Shown here one piece after another: positions 38,863 through 53,285 of a DNA stretch of 64,000 nt. A model generated the notes under the pieces. The model was not told the origin of the DNA and searched no databases. It worked only from the letters and a program-made list of their open reading frames with translations. Source of the DNA: Octopus sinensis (lineage: Eukaryota); the NCBI RefSeq assembly GCF_006345805.1, contig NC_043000.1:43772001-43836000 (forward strand), in the 5' to 3' direction. The position numbers and the translations under genes are program-made. Position 1 is the first letter of the stretch. Each line of letters opens with the position of its first letter.

Positions 38863-39889
38863 GTGTGTGGGAATTTTCGTTATAGTTTTCTTCATTATTA
38901 TATTTACCCTCAGCTGAAAGGAGCACTACATGTAAAACCACACTATAGGGGTAAAAGTGGAAAATGGCACTAACTGTTGATAGCCGATAACAAGCAAGAT
39001 GGATTGGAAATCTTGAGAGCACGCTGTGCGGCATTCACCCGAAACAAATTGAATGCATGTATATGTAGATGTCTGTTGGGGTGCGTGCGTATATTTGTGT
39101 GTGTGGTTTATTATTTTATTGTTTAGTAAAACAAATAGAACAGAATACAATAAGCATAAACATTTCATCTTTCTCTTTTACTCAGTATAAAAGTTACAAA
39201 TGTTATTCATGAAAACAGTGTTCCGTATGCTGCACGCGTGTATCTCTTCAAAAGCTCCTAGTTAGGTGTTGAACTAAGATACTTTAAAAAAAACATTTGA
39301 TAATAACTTGTTGGTGAAGTTTTCAAAGGGGAATTTAATATTTCAAGTAATCTGGTCGTTAAACCGCAGGTGGCTTATGTATTAATGAATATACGCTACC
39401 TGTTAAAGTTGTTGGGCTGCAGTCAGTCTCGGGCACCACGTATAGGGTTTCATTCGCTCAAACCAAGTGTATTAGGTCTAGTTTATATCTTGGTCGACTC
39501 CTCGGTCGAACAGATAAACAAGAGAAATTAATCAAAGCAGTATTAGTCATGAAGCGATACGCCGTAAGCACAAGTTAAGAACGTGCACACATAGACACAC
39601 TCACACAGACATAGACTCACGCAACAGATAAATATACACAAATGTATAAATACATATATGCAAAATAGGTTTGCTCTCAGTTTCCGTCAAGCAATTTCAA
39701 ACACATCACATTCGTTGGTCCGAGGCTACAGCCAAAGACACATTCAAAAGTTGGCACGCAGTTGGACGTAACCCAAAATGTTTCACAGCGAATTTAACCA
39801 GTACATACATAATACATGTATGTATATATATATATATATACATATGCATACACTCATGCATAAGCACACACACACACACACACACACGC

Positions 39890-40290
39890 CAGCCCCAACT
39901 CAACTCGTCCTGTCGAAAGACCCTTGTCCTACGTCCTGGTTTTGTTTTGTTTTTTATCTTTACCGTTATTATTTTTACGTTTTTGTATTCTTATTCGTGC
40001 TTTCCTTATTGTTGTCACGTATTCTGTATTTTTGTTCGTGTACTTCGTTCGTTTTCCGTCCTCGTGTTGTATACATTCAAAGCTTTCTTCCAAGGGATCT
40101 AATGCGCTTGGCTTAGATTTTCCTTTGGGGGCTGCCCAGATAGGAGCAATTTCAAGATTAATCAGCCGAAATTGCGAAGATGATCTGGTTCTTGACTGAT
40201 GACTGAGGGCTTCGAATGTCCCGTCCTGTGGTTCTTGTGTCGTCTCTTTGGTGTTTCATGTTCGTGTCCATGTCTGTATTTATTTTTTAC
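39890..40290 (+). mobile_element. Short non-coding GT-rich repeat with a degenerate hammerhead-like core (possible Penelope-type terminus or retrozyme relic)
   Basis: CTGATGA-ctGAGggcTTC-GAAT-gtcccGTC at 40196-40225. Flanked by (CA)n and (TA)n. No ORF. Confidence 0.35.
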
Positions 40291-40351
40291 TGTTTACATA
40301 TATATATATATATATACATATATATTTCTACATAAGCTTGTGTATGAGTAC

Positions 40352-40398
<47 letters not shown>

Positions 40399-40923
40399 AT
40401 ATATATATACATGACAGGCAATATAGTGGGAGTGAGTTTAAAGAGAACGAAAGTGAAATCACAGAAACACTTTAGAAGCTGAAAGAGGAGAAAGATATTT
40501 GATGAGATTATAGCTACCTGTAAGCTGATGCACCGATTTGTTTTCATTTTCTTGTATGAAAATATTACAGTGCAGTGTTACATGTTTTCGTAGTTCTTAG
40601 TTCCTTTTCGACGTGTTATGTAAATATAGAAAATGTTTACGCTTTTCATTCTCCGAATTAATAATTGTTAAAGCTTTGCTCCATAATTCATTCACGGGGT
40701 ATTTCATCAATAAAATAATTGAGCATAAAAAACATTGATATATCCAATTCGACAGCCAAATCAATATTCTATAAACACATTCCTAGATACACACACACAT
40801 ACGCACACACATTGACACACATCCCAGAAACACTTATACAGGCGTATCTTGATGTGAGTAAATTTATGTAAATTTATGAATGCGTGCGTGCGTTTTGCGT
40901 GTCACATATATATTGTTATATAT

Positions 40924-41101
40924 TATTGGTTTCCAACCTGGTGACCGCGGACCCCTGGCCATTCCTCAATATTAGTATTGGGGGCCCGTGACCTAAAATT
41001 CAAAAGTTTCATACCTATACACACACACGAACTCTTAAGGATAAGCATATTAAAAGGGGTCTATGGTAAACTCATTTAAATAAAAGGATTGGGATACACT
41101 G
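40924..41101. mobile_element. Non-autonomous hAT (Charlie/MER58-like) MITE
   Basis: Degenerate terminal inverted repeats TTGGTTTCCAACCT... / ...AGGATTGGGATACACTG, with internal GGACCCC / GGGGTC motifs. Confidence 0.6.
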
Positions 41102-41399
41102 GTATAAATCAATATAATGCATGTTTAACAGCTGTGAGCTTTTTGTAATACCTTACTGGATGTGTGCTCGAACGTTATGTATGTTAGTCTACGAAGTGAT
41201 ATTGAAGGCAAGTGAAACATGTGAGGTCTTGAAATTTTAGTTGAGATTATTGCTATATGGAAGTGGACATAAAAATTCATTATAAGAATTACGCAAAAAT
41301 AGAAATAAAGCTGACATCTCTTTTGTACAGATATATTTACCAAAATTACATAAAGATATCTTGAAATACTAAAGAGAAAATGTATTCAATGAAATCGCC

Positions 41400-41960
41400 A
41401 TTGTCTTCAACTAAGCACGCGACTTTAGAATTTGCAACTCTTCTGGACGGTCTTCTCGTGTAAGTTGGTGAATGCTGTCATAATACTTTCAGTTCATCTT
41501 TGGTGTTACAAGAAGATTATTGATCTCATGCTCAGTTGCGCTCCACACATAATAGTTACGGGGGCTGCAAGTCTGAAGATTTAGGTGACCAGATGTTAGG
41601 GGTGATGTGGTTTCAGAAACTGCCTGATAACCATGACTGGGTCCTACTATTTGCATGGATGGTGAAAACTCTTGTTGCCAGACATATGGTCTTCCAGCAG
41701 CCACCCTCTTAGCATAGGGCAGCACCACCTCCTCCAGTCACTTGATGTAGGCCGCCATGTCGAGTCTGAGGCCATGTGGGAAGACGATTGGAGGCATAAT
41801 GTCGCCATTACTACTGATCACTCCAAACATCATCATTTTGACTGGATGTTTGAATTTTATCACTCTCGTTACATGTTCTGAGATGGCACTATTCTCAGAT
41901 TGACACACCAAAACTCTAAAATATTCGTATCGGAGCCTCCAGTACGAATACCAAACAGAA
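41400..41960 (-). mobile_element. maT/DD37D-type Tc1-mariner transposase 3' fragment
   Basis: KHPVKMMMFGVISSNGDIMPPIVFPHGLRLNMAAYIK*LEEVVLPYAKRVAAGRPYVWQQ..CSPRNYYVWS. Confidence 0.85.
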
Positions 41961-42174
41961 CAACATGTAGTTTTGAAATATATGGTAGAGCAAATTGCGT
42001 TATGGAGCTCTTTTACTCACATACGGTGCCTAACTGATACTACAATACTATGTAATTGACAAAATAACAAAATAGAAATGTGCATGCGCGAATCTAAAAG
42101 TATAAATTGGCGGCAATTTACCCATTGTATAATATATATATATATGCATTGTGCATGTGTGTGCGTGTGTGTGT

Positions 42175-42420
42175 GGAGGCGTGTGGTTTAGCGTCAGGGT
42201 GTCAGCATCATGATCGTAAGATTGTGGGTTCGAATCTTCGACCGGTTGACGCGTTGTGGTCTTGAGCAAAACACATCATTTCACGTTGTTCCAGTCCGCT
42301 CAGCTGGCAAGAATGAGAAATGCTGCGATGGACTGGCGTCCCGTCCTGCTGGGAAACACATACGCCATTAAAACCGGGAAACCAGGCCCATGAACCTGGC
42401 TAGGCTTTAAAAGGGCGCAT
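42175..42420 (+). mobile_element. tRNA-headed CORE-SINE, near full length
   Basis: A box TGGTTTAGCG, B box GGTTCGAATC, CORE-like TTGTGGTCTTGAGCAAAACAC, then GCGATGGACTGGCGTCCCGTCC. Confidence 0.8.
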
Positions 42421-42444
42421 ATATTTTTATTTTATATGTATATG

Positions 42445-43866
<1,422 letters not shown>

Positions 43867-43904
43867 GTGTGTGTGTGTGTGTGTGTGTGTATGTATTCGT
43901 TTAT

Positions 43905-44135
43905 TACTCTATTTCTTCCGTCATTTGACTGCAGCCATGCTGGAGCACCGCCTTTACTCGAGAAAATTGACCTCAGGATTTACTCATTGTAAGCCTAGTA
44001 CTTATTCCATCGTATCTTCTACCGAGCCGCTGGTTTACGGGGACGTTAACACACCAACATCGCTTGCCGAGTGATGAGGGATGTACAAACACAGACGCAC
44101 AAGCATATAGATACATACATGCATGCATATATATA

Positions 44136-44181
<46 letters not shown>

Positions 44182-44342
44182 GACACGTGCATTTTCAGCT
44201 TCCGTCAACCAAATCCACTCACAAGTATTTGGTTAGCCCGAGGCTAAATTAGAGGACACCTTCCCAAGTTCCCACTCATGGGACTGAACCCAGAACCATG
44301 TGGTTAGGAAGCAAGCTACCTACGACATAGCCACTCCTGTGC
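43905..44342 (-). mobile_element. SINE family A, full length, internal (CA)(TA) microsatellite
   Basis: Minus-strand head CAGGAGTGGCTATGTCGTAGGTAGCTTGCTTCC..CATGGTTCTGGGTTCAGTCCC, CORE-like TTGGGAAGGTGTCCTC, microsatellite, then a tail ending ..CAAATGACGGAAGAAATAGAGTAA. Confidence 0.88.
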
Positions 44343-44343
44343 G

Positions 44344-44404
<61 letters not shown>

Positions 44405-44405
<1 letters not shown>

Positions 44406-44565
44406 GCACTTCTATATTTAAGAGATGAGGAATTATGTACATTATTTGCATTATTTACATTTGACAGATATTTGTCCTCATCTTGTTTGTTTTTTGGCTG
44501 ATATACTTTTCAGCCTTCATCCGGTGTCTTTCGAACCTGGTTTCTCCTTTCTAAGGTATTTTCGA

Positions 44566-44616
<51 letters not shown>

Positions 44617-44749
44617 GGTCACTGCTGCTTGGAATCAACGTTTGGGTTTTGTAACCCGCGCTCTAAATCACTACACCATATCCCCGTTAGAAACAATACA
44701 AGGTGAGGACAAATATCGTCAAAATGTACATTATGTAAATAATGTATAT
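44405..44749 (-). mobile_element. Composite short retroelement: tRNA-like head + (AAT)n + degenerate hammerhead + terminal segment, with an inverted copy of the terminal segment at its 5' end
   Basis: Head 44686->44615 GGGGATATGGTGTAGTGATTTAGAGCGCGGGTT..GTTGATTCC (A and B boxes). (AAT)n 44614-44568. Hammerhead-like CGGAUGA-A-GGCUGA(AAAGUAUA)UCAGCC-AAAA at 44524-44492. 44434-44490 and 44693-44749 are ~85% identical inverted repeats. Confidence 0.75.
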
Positions 44750-45298
44750 ATATATATATATGTATATACATATATGAAGTGGCGTGTCAGTAACATCATC
44801 GAGGGTTTGACACTCTTGCCAATGTTTGAATTTCACTATCCACCAAATGCTAGTAGAGATTCGAGCACCTTCCTTAATATCCTCTTGTACTCTTAAGTGA
44901 CCTTCTCACTACTCCATCCATTATCCTATCGTCTCGAAGCTATCCTTTTTATTTGTAACTCTCATTATTCTTCACAGCAATCTAAAGATGTCTTGTGATA
45001 GATTTAAGCCATCAGATTTTATCTACTGACCTCTTTTCATAATTAGTACTGCGCACATATTTATCCCAAACTACTTTTCGGTATCTCTTCTAAATCATTT
45101 CATTTTTTGGGTCAAATGACCTCGGTCTGTATAATATTTCGTATATATCAGATTACACTTATAATAATAACGTATATAATATCAGATCACACATATAACT
45201 GCCTCTTGGATTTCTTAAAAGTATAGAAGAAGATCAGGATTTTCTCAGTATACTTGTCAGAGGTATTAGCACAATGACGAAGTATGACAGAGAGAGAG

Positions 45299-45329
<31 letters not shown>

Positions 45330-45335
<6 letters not shown>

Positions 45336-47100
45336 GAGCCTCCTTGGAAAATGCCCAATTTTCACGTTGCCTAGCAAATCATTTGCACATAACACTCTCA
45401 TTGCTTTATTCAAAAAGTTGTCTATCTTCTCAATAAGTCCCAGCGTATTCAAATATTCCAAGAGCCAACTGAATTTCTTCCTAGTGATCCTTTCTGTTCA
45501 CTTGTTTCTGGTGCTCTTTTCTGTTCATCCGCAAGCAGTTAATTTCTTTCAGGTTGGTCATACAATTTCTTCCCCACTATTCCAGTTAGAAGCCTACACA
45601 AGAAAATTAAACACGCAATCGGACAACAGTTACTCAACCATCCTCTGCCCATCCATTCTGCGTACCTTAATTCATTGGAGTACGTGCCTTGGATTAGATA
45701 TTTTAGATTATAATGTAAATTCGTCAAAACCTTGTAGCAGAAATCCGAACTACCTCTGGGCCTATTCCCTTCCAAATTCCCATCCACCCAATTCCGATTT
45801 GATGGTTATGTCCTCTTGAACCTGCACGCCACTGAATTCTCCCATTTCATGGTGTAATCTGCCCTGTTGTATTTGAGAATCTCTGACCAGTTTTGTTTCG
45901 AAACGAATTTGCTTCTTTGTAGTGAGATAATTCTGCTTTTTCCTTATCTCCCAGATCAAGAATCACATAGAACTGCTTCTGATTTGTTCTAAACAATTAA
46001 TTTTGGTTAAACTCTAGGCATATTTCATCGTATCTTTTGATCTTAATTCCACTCGCTTTGATATTTTACTAACATATCCGATATCAACAGAGTGACCCTA
46101 TCCGCCAAATGCTATTTCTTATTCAAGCAATTCTGTTCATTCATTCAAGCAATTCTCTTTCATTCAGCATATTTCATTTCCTTAATTCTTCCGCCATGTA
46201 CCGATGCTTTCTTTTATTTTCCTTTTCCAAAATGGTTCTATGTTTCTCCGAACTTTCTTTTCTATAAATTTCCCATCTTTCCTGTGATGACATAAGCAGT
46301 GGCATACATCAAGGATTTTGAATTGTTGATGTCTTTTATTGGAATTCGCGTGAGGACTTCATTCGCGTTCCTTAGTTCTGATCGTAGCTTTACTTTGCCA
46401 GCTGCCTGCAAAATCGGTAACATTTTCTTCATGAAACATAAATTCAAGAATTCTGTCGCCGAGATTAGCTAGTTCTGAGCTAAGTTCTTCCTGTGACCTT
46501 AGAGTCTGAAGTACACTGTTTTTTTTTTTCCATTTAAGGTAGAATTCCTTAATCCATGCCCAAGGTCTAAAGGTTCTGTTCCATGTCAATTTTTTCTGGA
46601 CAAGTAATCCCAGCAGTTCTGTTCGTAATTTCATGATAATCTCCTCTTGTTTCGTCTTTTCTAAGCACTTGTTGATCTTAATCTGGGTAATCGGATTAGC
46701 CAATCTTTGTTCACTCACATCCTTCAGCTCATCATGTGGGTATTTTTTTAGGGCTTTTGTAACATTTCACTATTGCCTCTTTCCTCTGGCTCTCTTGTAA
46801 TAAAAATTCGACGACAATCCGTTGCCCACTTCTTTGAACACCTTAATATCCTTCGTTGTTGTGGGTCAGCATTAGCTTGATTATGACTTGACTGGTGTCA
46901 CCGATCCAGAAGGCACCTTCCGAATGCGACACATTCGCTACAACTTACATCCCCGTTGACAGAATAACAACTACTTTTCATTATTAGCATTTCTCTCATA
47001 ATTAAGATGTGTATTTTGAGGTTATCGCCGGCCAGAAGTTGTATAGTGTCACCATCACTAGATAAGTTATCATCTAAGTCTTCCAAGATGCATCTCTACT
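45330..47100 (-). mobile_element. R4/Dong-like non-LTR retrotransposon, degraded 5' half to start of RT
   Basis: KSLMYATAYVIT, QEDITIKS, and EWMGRG..NCCPIACLIFLCRLLTGIVGKKLYDQPE (the NYRPITCL..WKLLTGII motif). Confidence 0.8.
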
Positions 47101-47699
47101 CTCGTTGAAGCAAGTTTATCATGTACAGGACGCGACATAGAGTATATATTCTCACAGCACCTAAATAATTATATATTTCATAGCTATTAGCTCTAGTGTG
47201 TCCATCCGCCCTTTAACATGTTTTGCTTTTTGTCCTGCATTTTATCCAACGCCGACAACTATCATAACCAGGAAGTGCTTGGTAAGTTTGCTCGTTTAGT
47301 TGCCAAAAACCGACACCGACCATGAAATAGTTTGTACTAGACTGCACGTTACTAATATCACCAAAAGTAATCTGGTGTATTATGATAGTTATTATTACAA
47401 CTATGAATAAAATCACTACCAGCAACATTATTACAACCACTGCAAACAACATTATACTTATTGTAACCACAATTACTAACTCCATTATTATCCTTATTGT
47501 CATCATTAACATTACTGTTATCAAAATTATAATTGAAGTGGTGGGGTGAAATTAAGATTTAAATATTTTCAGTATAAAGACATTCGGTATAGTGGCTGGG
47601 GATAGCATTAGTATGGTAAATCGCGGGCAAACAAGTTTCTAATATTGAAGAGAAAGAAACGCAAGCAAAAATAGAGATACGTATTGTCACCACTATATT

Positions 47700-48640
47700 T
47701 TACGTTATTATTATTGAGTGAGAGAGCAGTTCATGCCATCAAAGTGACACTGGGTTAAAATATACGAAGCCCAATATACCCATCATGAGTACCCGTCTGA
47801 TAAGGGTACACAAGGCACATGCATGACAACCATATGTGCGCGACATGGTGATCTTATATCAAGATAAACAGCACATGAACTTGCAGGTGGGGCCCAGTTA
47901 GAAATTTTTCTTGTCGAATAACCCATCTCGCTCAAAAGGTCCCTGAATAAGGGTTGTTTAAAGCTGTTGAAGGAAACACCCATGTTTCCAGAGGTGAATT
48001 GTCCAGACCTTTAAGAATTCCTTTCAACATGTGGATATGATGCTCCCCCACTACTTCTGCTCGTGATCAGAGAGGCACATGTTGTCAGCTAGGTTCAACT
48101 GGTTAAGGTAAAAAAGATGACAAGTAAATCTGTGGTATTGAGCAGAATATTTGCTATAGCCCGTTTTTATACCAAGACAAAACAATGTACATGATAACAT
48201 TTCCAATCAGTTAAGATCAGGAGCCATGAGAGCCACTAGAAATAAAACTAGAAATATACAGGACAAGGTGATCTCATAACAAGATAAACAGCGCATGGAC
48301 TTTCGCCAGGTAGAGTAGCCCATCCAGCTCAAAATATCCCTGATTAAGAGTTGTTTAAGGATGTTGAACAAAACGCCCACGTTTCCAAAGGTGAATTATC
48401 CAAACCCCCAAAATTCCTCTCAACAAATGTCTATGCTGCTCTCCTACTACTTCTTCTTGTAATCAGAGATACACATATCGTCAGCCACTAAGAGAGATGA
48501 TGAACTGGTTAGCGCGAAACAACTGAGAAGTGAATCTGTGGCTTTTTGCAGAATATTTACTGCAGCCATCCTTTATACCAAGACAAAACAATGTACATAA
48601 CACTTACAATCATTTGCGGTCAGAAGCCATGAGGGCCAAT
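47700..48640 (-). repeat. Two tandem diverged copies of a ~530-bp non-coding interspersed repeat with (AAT)n tail
   Basis: CAAGATAAACAGC..GTTGTTTAA..ATGTTTCCA..GGTGAATT..ATACCAAGACAAAACAATGTACAT..AGCCATGAG occurs at 47855-48235 and again at 48280-48635. Confidence 0.8.
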
Positions 48641-49022
48641 GCCTTTTGTTATTATTTACTTCGTAGTCCACTCGGTCTTAGTTGCTCTGGTTGATTCAGT
48701 TAGATCAGATAGCAGACTGTTGTCAGAGGCCTCACAGTGTCTCTTTCCGCAAATTATAAGACTTGTTACTTGGATAAAACAACATAATAGCATATTCCCA
48801 AAAATGGGTATACATATCTATCACCCTATGATGTGACCCTATGATGAAGCTGACATGTCTTGCTTGACGTTCTAAAACTTACAGCAATATAGAGCTCATC
48901 CTCCAGCCAAGTAAGTACGCACATAAACACACAAACACACACACACAACGCACACAAATGTATACTTATATATACATATATATATATGTATATGTATATA
49001 TAAGCATATACATGAATATATA

Positions 49023-49085
<63 letters not shown>

Positions 49086-49142
49086 CATGCATATATATGT
49101 ATATATATATATGTATATACATGAATATATATATATACATGA

Positions 49143-49207
<65 letters not shown>

Positions 49208-49492
49208 TATATACTTGCATTAAAGGCCCATCGTTGCCGGGTCATAGTGCTAGTGCATGTATATATGTGTATATATATGTGTACATATTACATCTACATC
49301 TATATATATTCATCTATACATAAAATGTAAAATACAAAGTTATATCTTGATATCGTTAGTGATAACAATACTCAAAATATATAACAGACTGGAATTGTTA
49401 GAAAAGTAAGGCATGTGTAAAATTTCAATGAAATTGGTTGTGTAGTTCTCAAGTTTTAGGGAAACACACAGACAGACAGACACACATTCTCA

Positions 49493-49535
<43 letters not shown>

Positions 49536-51419
49536 GTTTGTATGTATGTATACAAAATAATCACATTTCGGTCGCATCCACCTGTCTTGAGAAGGAAGCG
49601 GCTGAATATGTGTATTTACATATATTTCTTAAAGTTGTTGTGATTTATTTTTACGAATGGTGGTAGTGCACGATCGTGTTGGTAGCGTATGTTAGCAAGT
49701 TGTTAGGGGAATGCATATATGTGTATTTATTGGTTAGAAATGAAACATTATTACTACCATTTTTAATTATTAGTAGATTAATACGTGACCTGACCAAGAT
49801 ACTATAATAACGTTCCATGTTTTACTGCTGTAAAATAGTTGGAGTCTAATAATTTGCAACAACCTCTCTTAACCCTTGATATAGGTATAAGCATGATCAA
49901 CCTACGTCGTATTGCATAGGTTAATGTATGTTGTAAAACCCATGATCACACTGACTAAATGTTACGACTTCACGATGTGTGAATTTTTACTTGTGTGCAT
50001 GTTGTTGAATTGACATTGCTATTCAGTCATTAATAATTTTACAAGCTTCCTCATTGTGTAAATATTAAAATCAAAACCAGTGATGTGCATAATTCGATAT
50101 AATGGAATGCACCCTGTCTCAAATTGTGTGAATTTTTGCATTTCTAAAATTTCATTATTTTCTAAACATTTTTGAAATAATCCTGTACAAGCAGGAATCA
50201 CTGCAGCAGCTGTTCATAACAACAAATTTGATAAAACTTTTCAAATATAATATTACATAACAGAAAAATTTTGTTAGCTTTAAACATTTTTTACTGGATA
50301 ACTTAAACGTAGAACGTTATACTTTATCTTTAAATTTTTATAAATTATTAAAATTTTCTTTTCAAAATCTAAGAAATTGTATTTTTGTAGTATTAGATAA
50401 TTATGTTATGTGATTTCATACATGTACTTTTGCTGATGTTTATTCAGCTTAAGATGAAACTCTTTTGTAACAACATTTCCTTACTGGCTTGTATGTTTAA
50501 AATGTTCCAGAAGCAGGTGAAAAAATTATATTTTCGACCAGAATATCAAATATAAATAACCACTAATGTGTTTAGACAACATAAGGTAAAGTTCAGATTT
50601 AGTATTGAGTTCATGGTTGTTATAGTGAAAAATGTGATTGCTAGATTCAGTAAAAAGCGAGGTAAATGTTTATTTTATGTTTATTTCGAATCAATCAGTA
50701 TTTTGTTAGTGGATAAAGAATAATCAAAGGTTTGGTTTGTTTAATTTTGATCATAAGACTTAATGTTTCATTTAATAAACGTGACACGACAGTCAAACGT
50801 TTCAGTTATGAAACATTATATCAATCTACATGAATATGAACGTATGAGGTGTAGTGGAATGAAAGGAAAAGAGTCAGAAATAACACACAGGCCCTTATAC
50901 ACTGAACTATTTCGCTAGTCGCACGTAAATATGCACAAGGAATTTGTAATTGAAAACATATTCATACCTACACGGTAGTTATAACACCATTCTTGTAAAT
51001 TTTATTCATAATTATTTTTGTGCCACTGGAGTGAAAGCTTGGGAAATGTCATGAGGGAAAGGGATGAAAGTGCTGCATATTATTGAAAGAGATAACAGTT
51101 TGCGCAAATAAAATTTTAGTAATATAACAGGAATTGAAAATGTATCATAAAATGTATGTATTCATTTTCTAATATGACATTATATAAATGAAACTCTACA
51201 CTAGATTCGCTTTTGCTTAAGTCAGGAAGCTACTAAATCCCTCTTAGTCAATTGTAGTCCAATAACTTTTGGGAATTCTCCTGACTATTATGTTGAAAGA
51301 CTTGTACCATGCAACAAAATTAAACTATAAAGGTGACCCAGTTGTGTAACTTTCAATTAGATAGAATATACTTTATTTTTCATGTTCAAAGGAAGAAATA
51401 TGACGTATATATAACCAAA

Positions 51420-51628
51420 TCCATAATATCCTTTCTTCTAAAGGCGCAAGGCCTAACATGTTTAGGGGAGGGGTCTAACCGATGATATCAATCACAGTGT
51501 CTCACTGGTATTTATTTATCGACCCCGAGAATGTCGACCTCGGCAGATTATGAACACAGAGCGCAAAGACGAAATACTGGTAAGATTTTTGCTCGGTGTG
51601 CTAACGACTATGCCAGCTCGCCACCCTA
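51420..51628 (-). mobile_element. SINE family B
   Basis: TTTATCGACCCCGAGAATGTCGACCTCGGCAGA..GCTAACGACTATGCCAGCTCGCC. Confidence 0.8.
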
Positions 51629-52253
51629 ACGAAATAGATGATATGGATAGATATTCATGTAGGAAAGAGTCAACCGCTTCATGGAGGTTTTCTGTTTTCA
51701 AAGGTGATGAAACCAAAGGATAGAAATCAAAGAGACAAATATAAATATGAGATAAAAGAAAATTACGATAATAAGAGGAAACGGAAGAAATTGGTACAGG
51801 TGATAGATATAAAAAAAAAAAACGATTATACGAATGATAATGTAATTCGATGCATCACATGATAATATTAGAGATGTTAGAGATTTATTGTAAAATTGTT
51901 ACAGATATATTAGAAAATTACAAAGAGAATATATACAATAATTTACTTTCAAAAATATATTGGAGACATTTTGTCCAGTTTGTTCTCAGGTATTTAAGTT
52001 TAATGAAATTGCGGATCACAGTAAATGAACGCAATATGTGTAAATGAACACATATTGCGAAAATTGTTTCTGCTTTGCGTAACCATGTATTCTTATGTTA
52101 TCTGCTCATATCTTACTAGTTTCAGAATCTGACTTGTCAGAAGTCAATATCACCTATTGCATGAGATGCGTTGTTAATTTTCCGATCAAACATATACGTC
52201 CAGAGAAACAGTGTTGCATCACAAAAATTGTGTTTCCTTAAATTATAAAGTTC

Positions 52254-52286
<33 letters not shown>

Positions 52287-52405
52287 ATAATAATAACAAT
52301 AATAATAATAATAATATAAGCGTTTGTGAGCAGTTTTCTACTGTTATTTTTAGTAATACAGTGTACTATCTCGTACTCTGATTATAAATATATACATATA
52401 TACAT

Positions 52406-52467
<62 letters not shown>

Positions 52468-52644
52468 ATATGTATCTGATAAAGTCAGTGATATATCTGC
52501 TAACTTGTCTTCGTACACACCGTTATTTTTTGTAACATTTAAATATTAGAGATGAGTTTAATTTATCCTATTTCTTTGTGTGGTTAGAGCAATTTAATAA
52601 AATAATATAGACTCGAATAATGAATGGCTAGGAATTCAAAACAA

Positions 52645-52862
52645 ATAAAACACATATTTCTACTCCAGGAACTTGAAAATATTGGAGGGGGGGACTAGTC
52701 GATTACGTCGCCGCCAGTGAGTAACTGGTACTTATTTCCCCAATCTCGAAGGGTGAAACGCAAAGTCAACCCTGGCGGTATTTGAACTCAGAACGTAGCG
52801 GCAGAACTTACCTCTAAGCATTTCGCCAGACGTGCTAACAATTCTGCCAACTCGCCGCCTTT
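52645..52862 (-). mobile_element. SINE family B
   Basis: CAAAGTCAACCCTGGCGGTATTTGAACTCAGAACGTAGCGGCAG..GCTAACAATTCTGCCAACTCGCCGCC. Confidence 0.88.
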
Positions 52863-53086
52863 AAAGCCACTATAATAATAAGATCACTAATAAGCTTTTG
52901 GTGTATCTAGATTTACTGTATATCAAGGATAGTGTCTCATAGCCATAGCAATTTACTTAGGTTTCGGATGTTCCATTAGAAATATTTATCACTTCGGATT
53001 TATTTAAAGAGGAAACAAGATTTCTCCATTGTTTTACCAGCTATCGTGGTGGTACAATTCCTGAAGATAATGTTTCGTTTACTCAA

Positions 53087-53285
53087 GGTGGTGAGCTAGC
53101 AAAATCATTAGCACGCCGGGAGACATATTTACGTTTTGAGTTCAAATGCCGCTAGAGAAGACTTTGCCTTTCATCCTCTCGGGATCCACAAAATAATTAT
53201 CAGTTGAGTACTGGTGCCGATAAAATCAACTTACCCCACAATCGAATTTGATAGCCTTCTGCCAAAATTTGAAAGGAACACATAA
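53087..53285 (+). mobile_element. SINE family B (inverted partner of 52645-52862)
   Basis: GGTGGTGAGCTAGCAAAATCATTAGCACGCCGGG..GAGTTCAAATGCC..GACTTTGCCTTTCATCCTCTCGGG. Confidence 0.85.

Noticed and set aside
49869-49924. TTAACCCT...AGGTTAA as a tiny piggyBac MITE
   Set aside because: The terminal repeats match for only 6 bp, which is expected by chance in AT-rich sequence.
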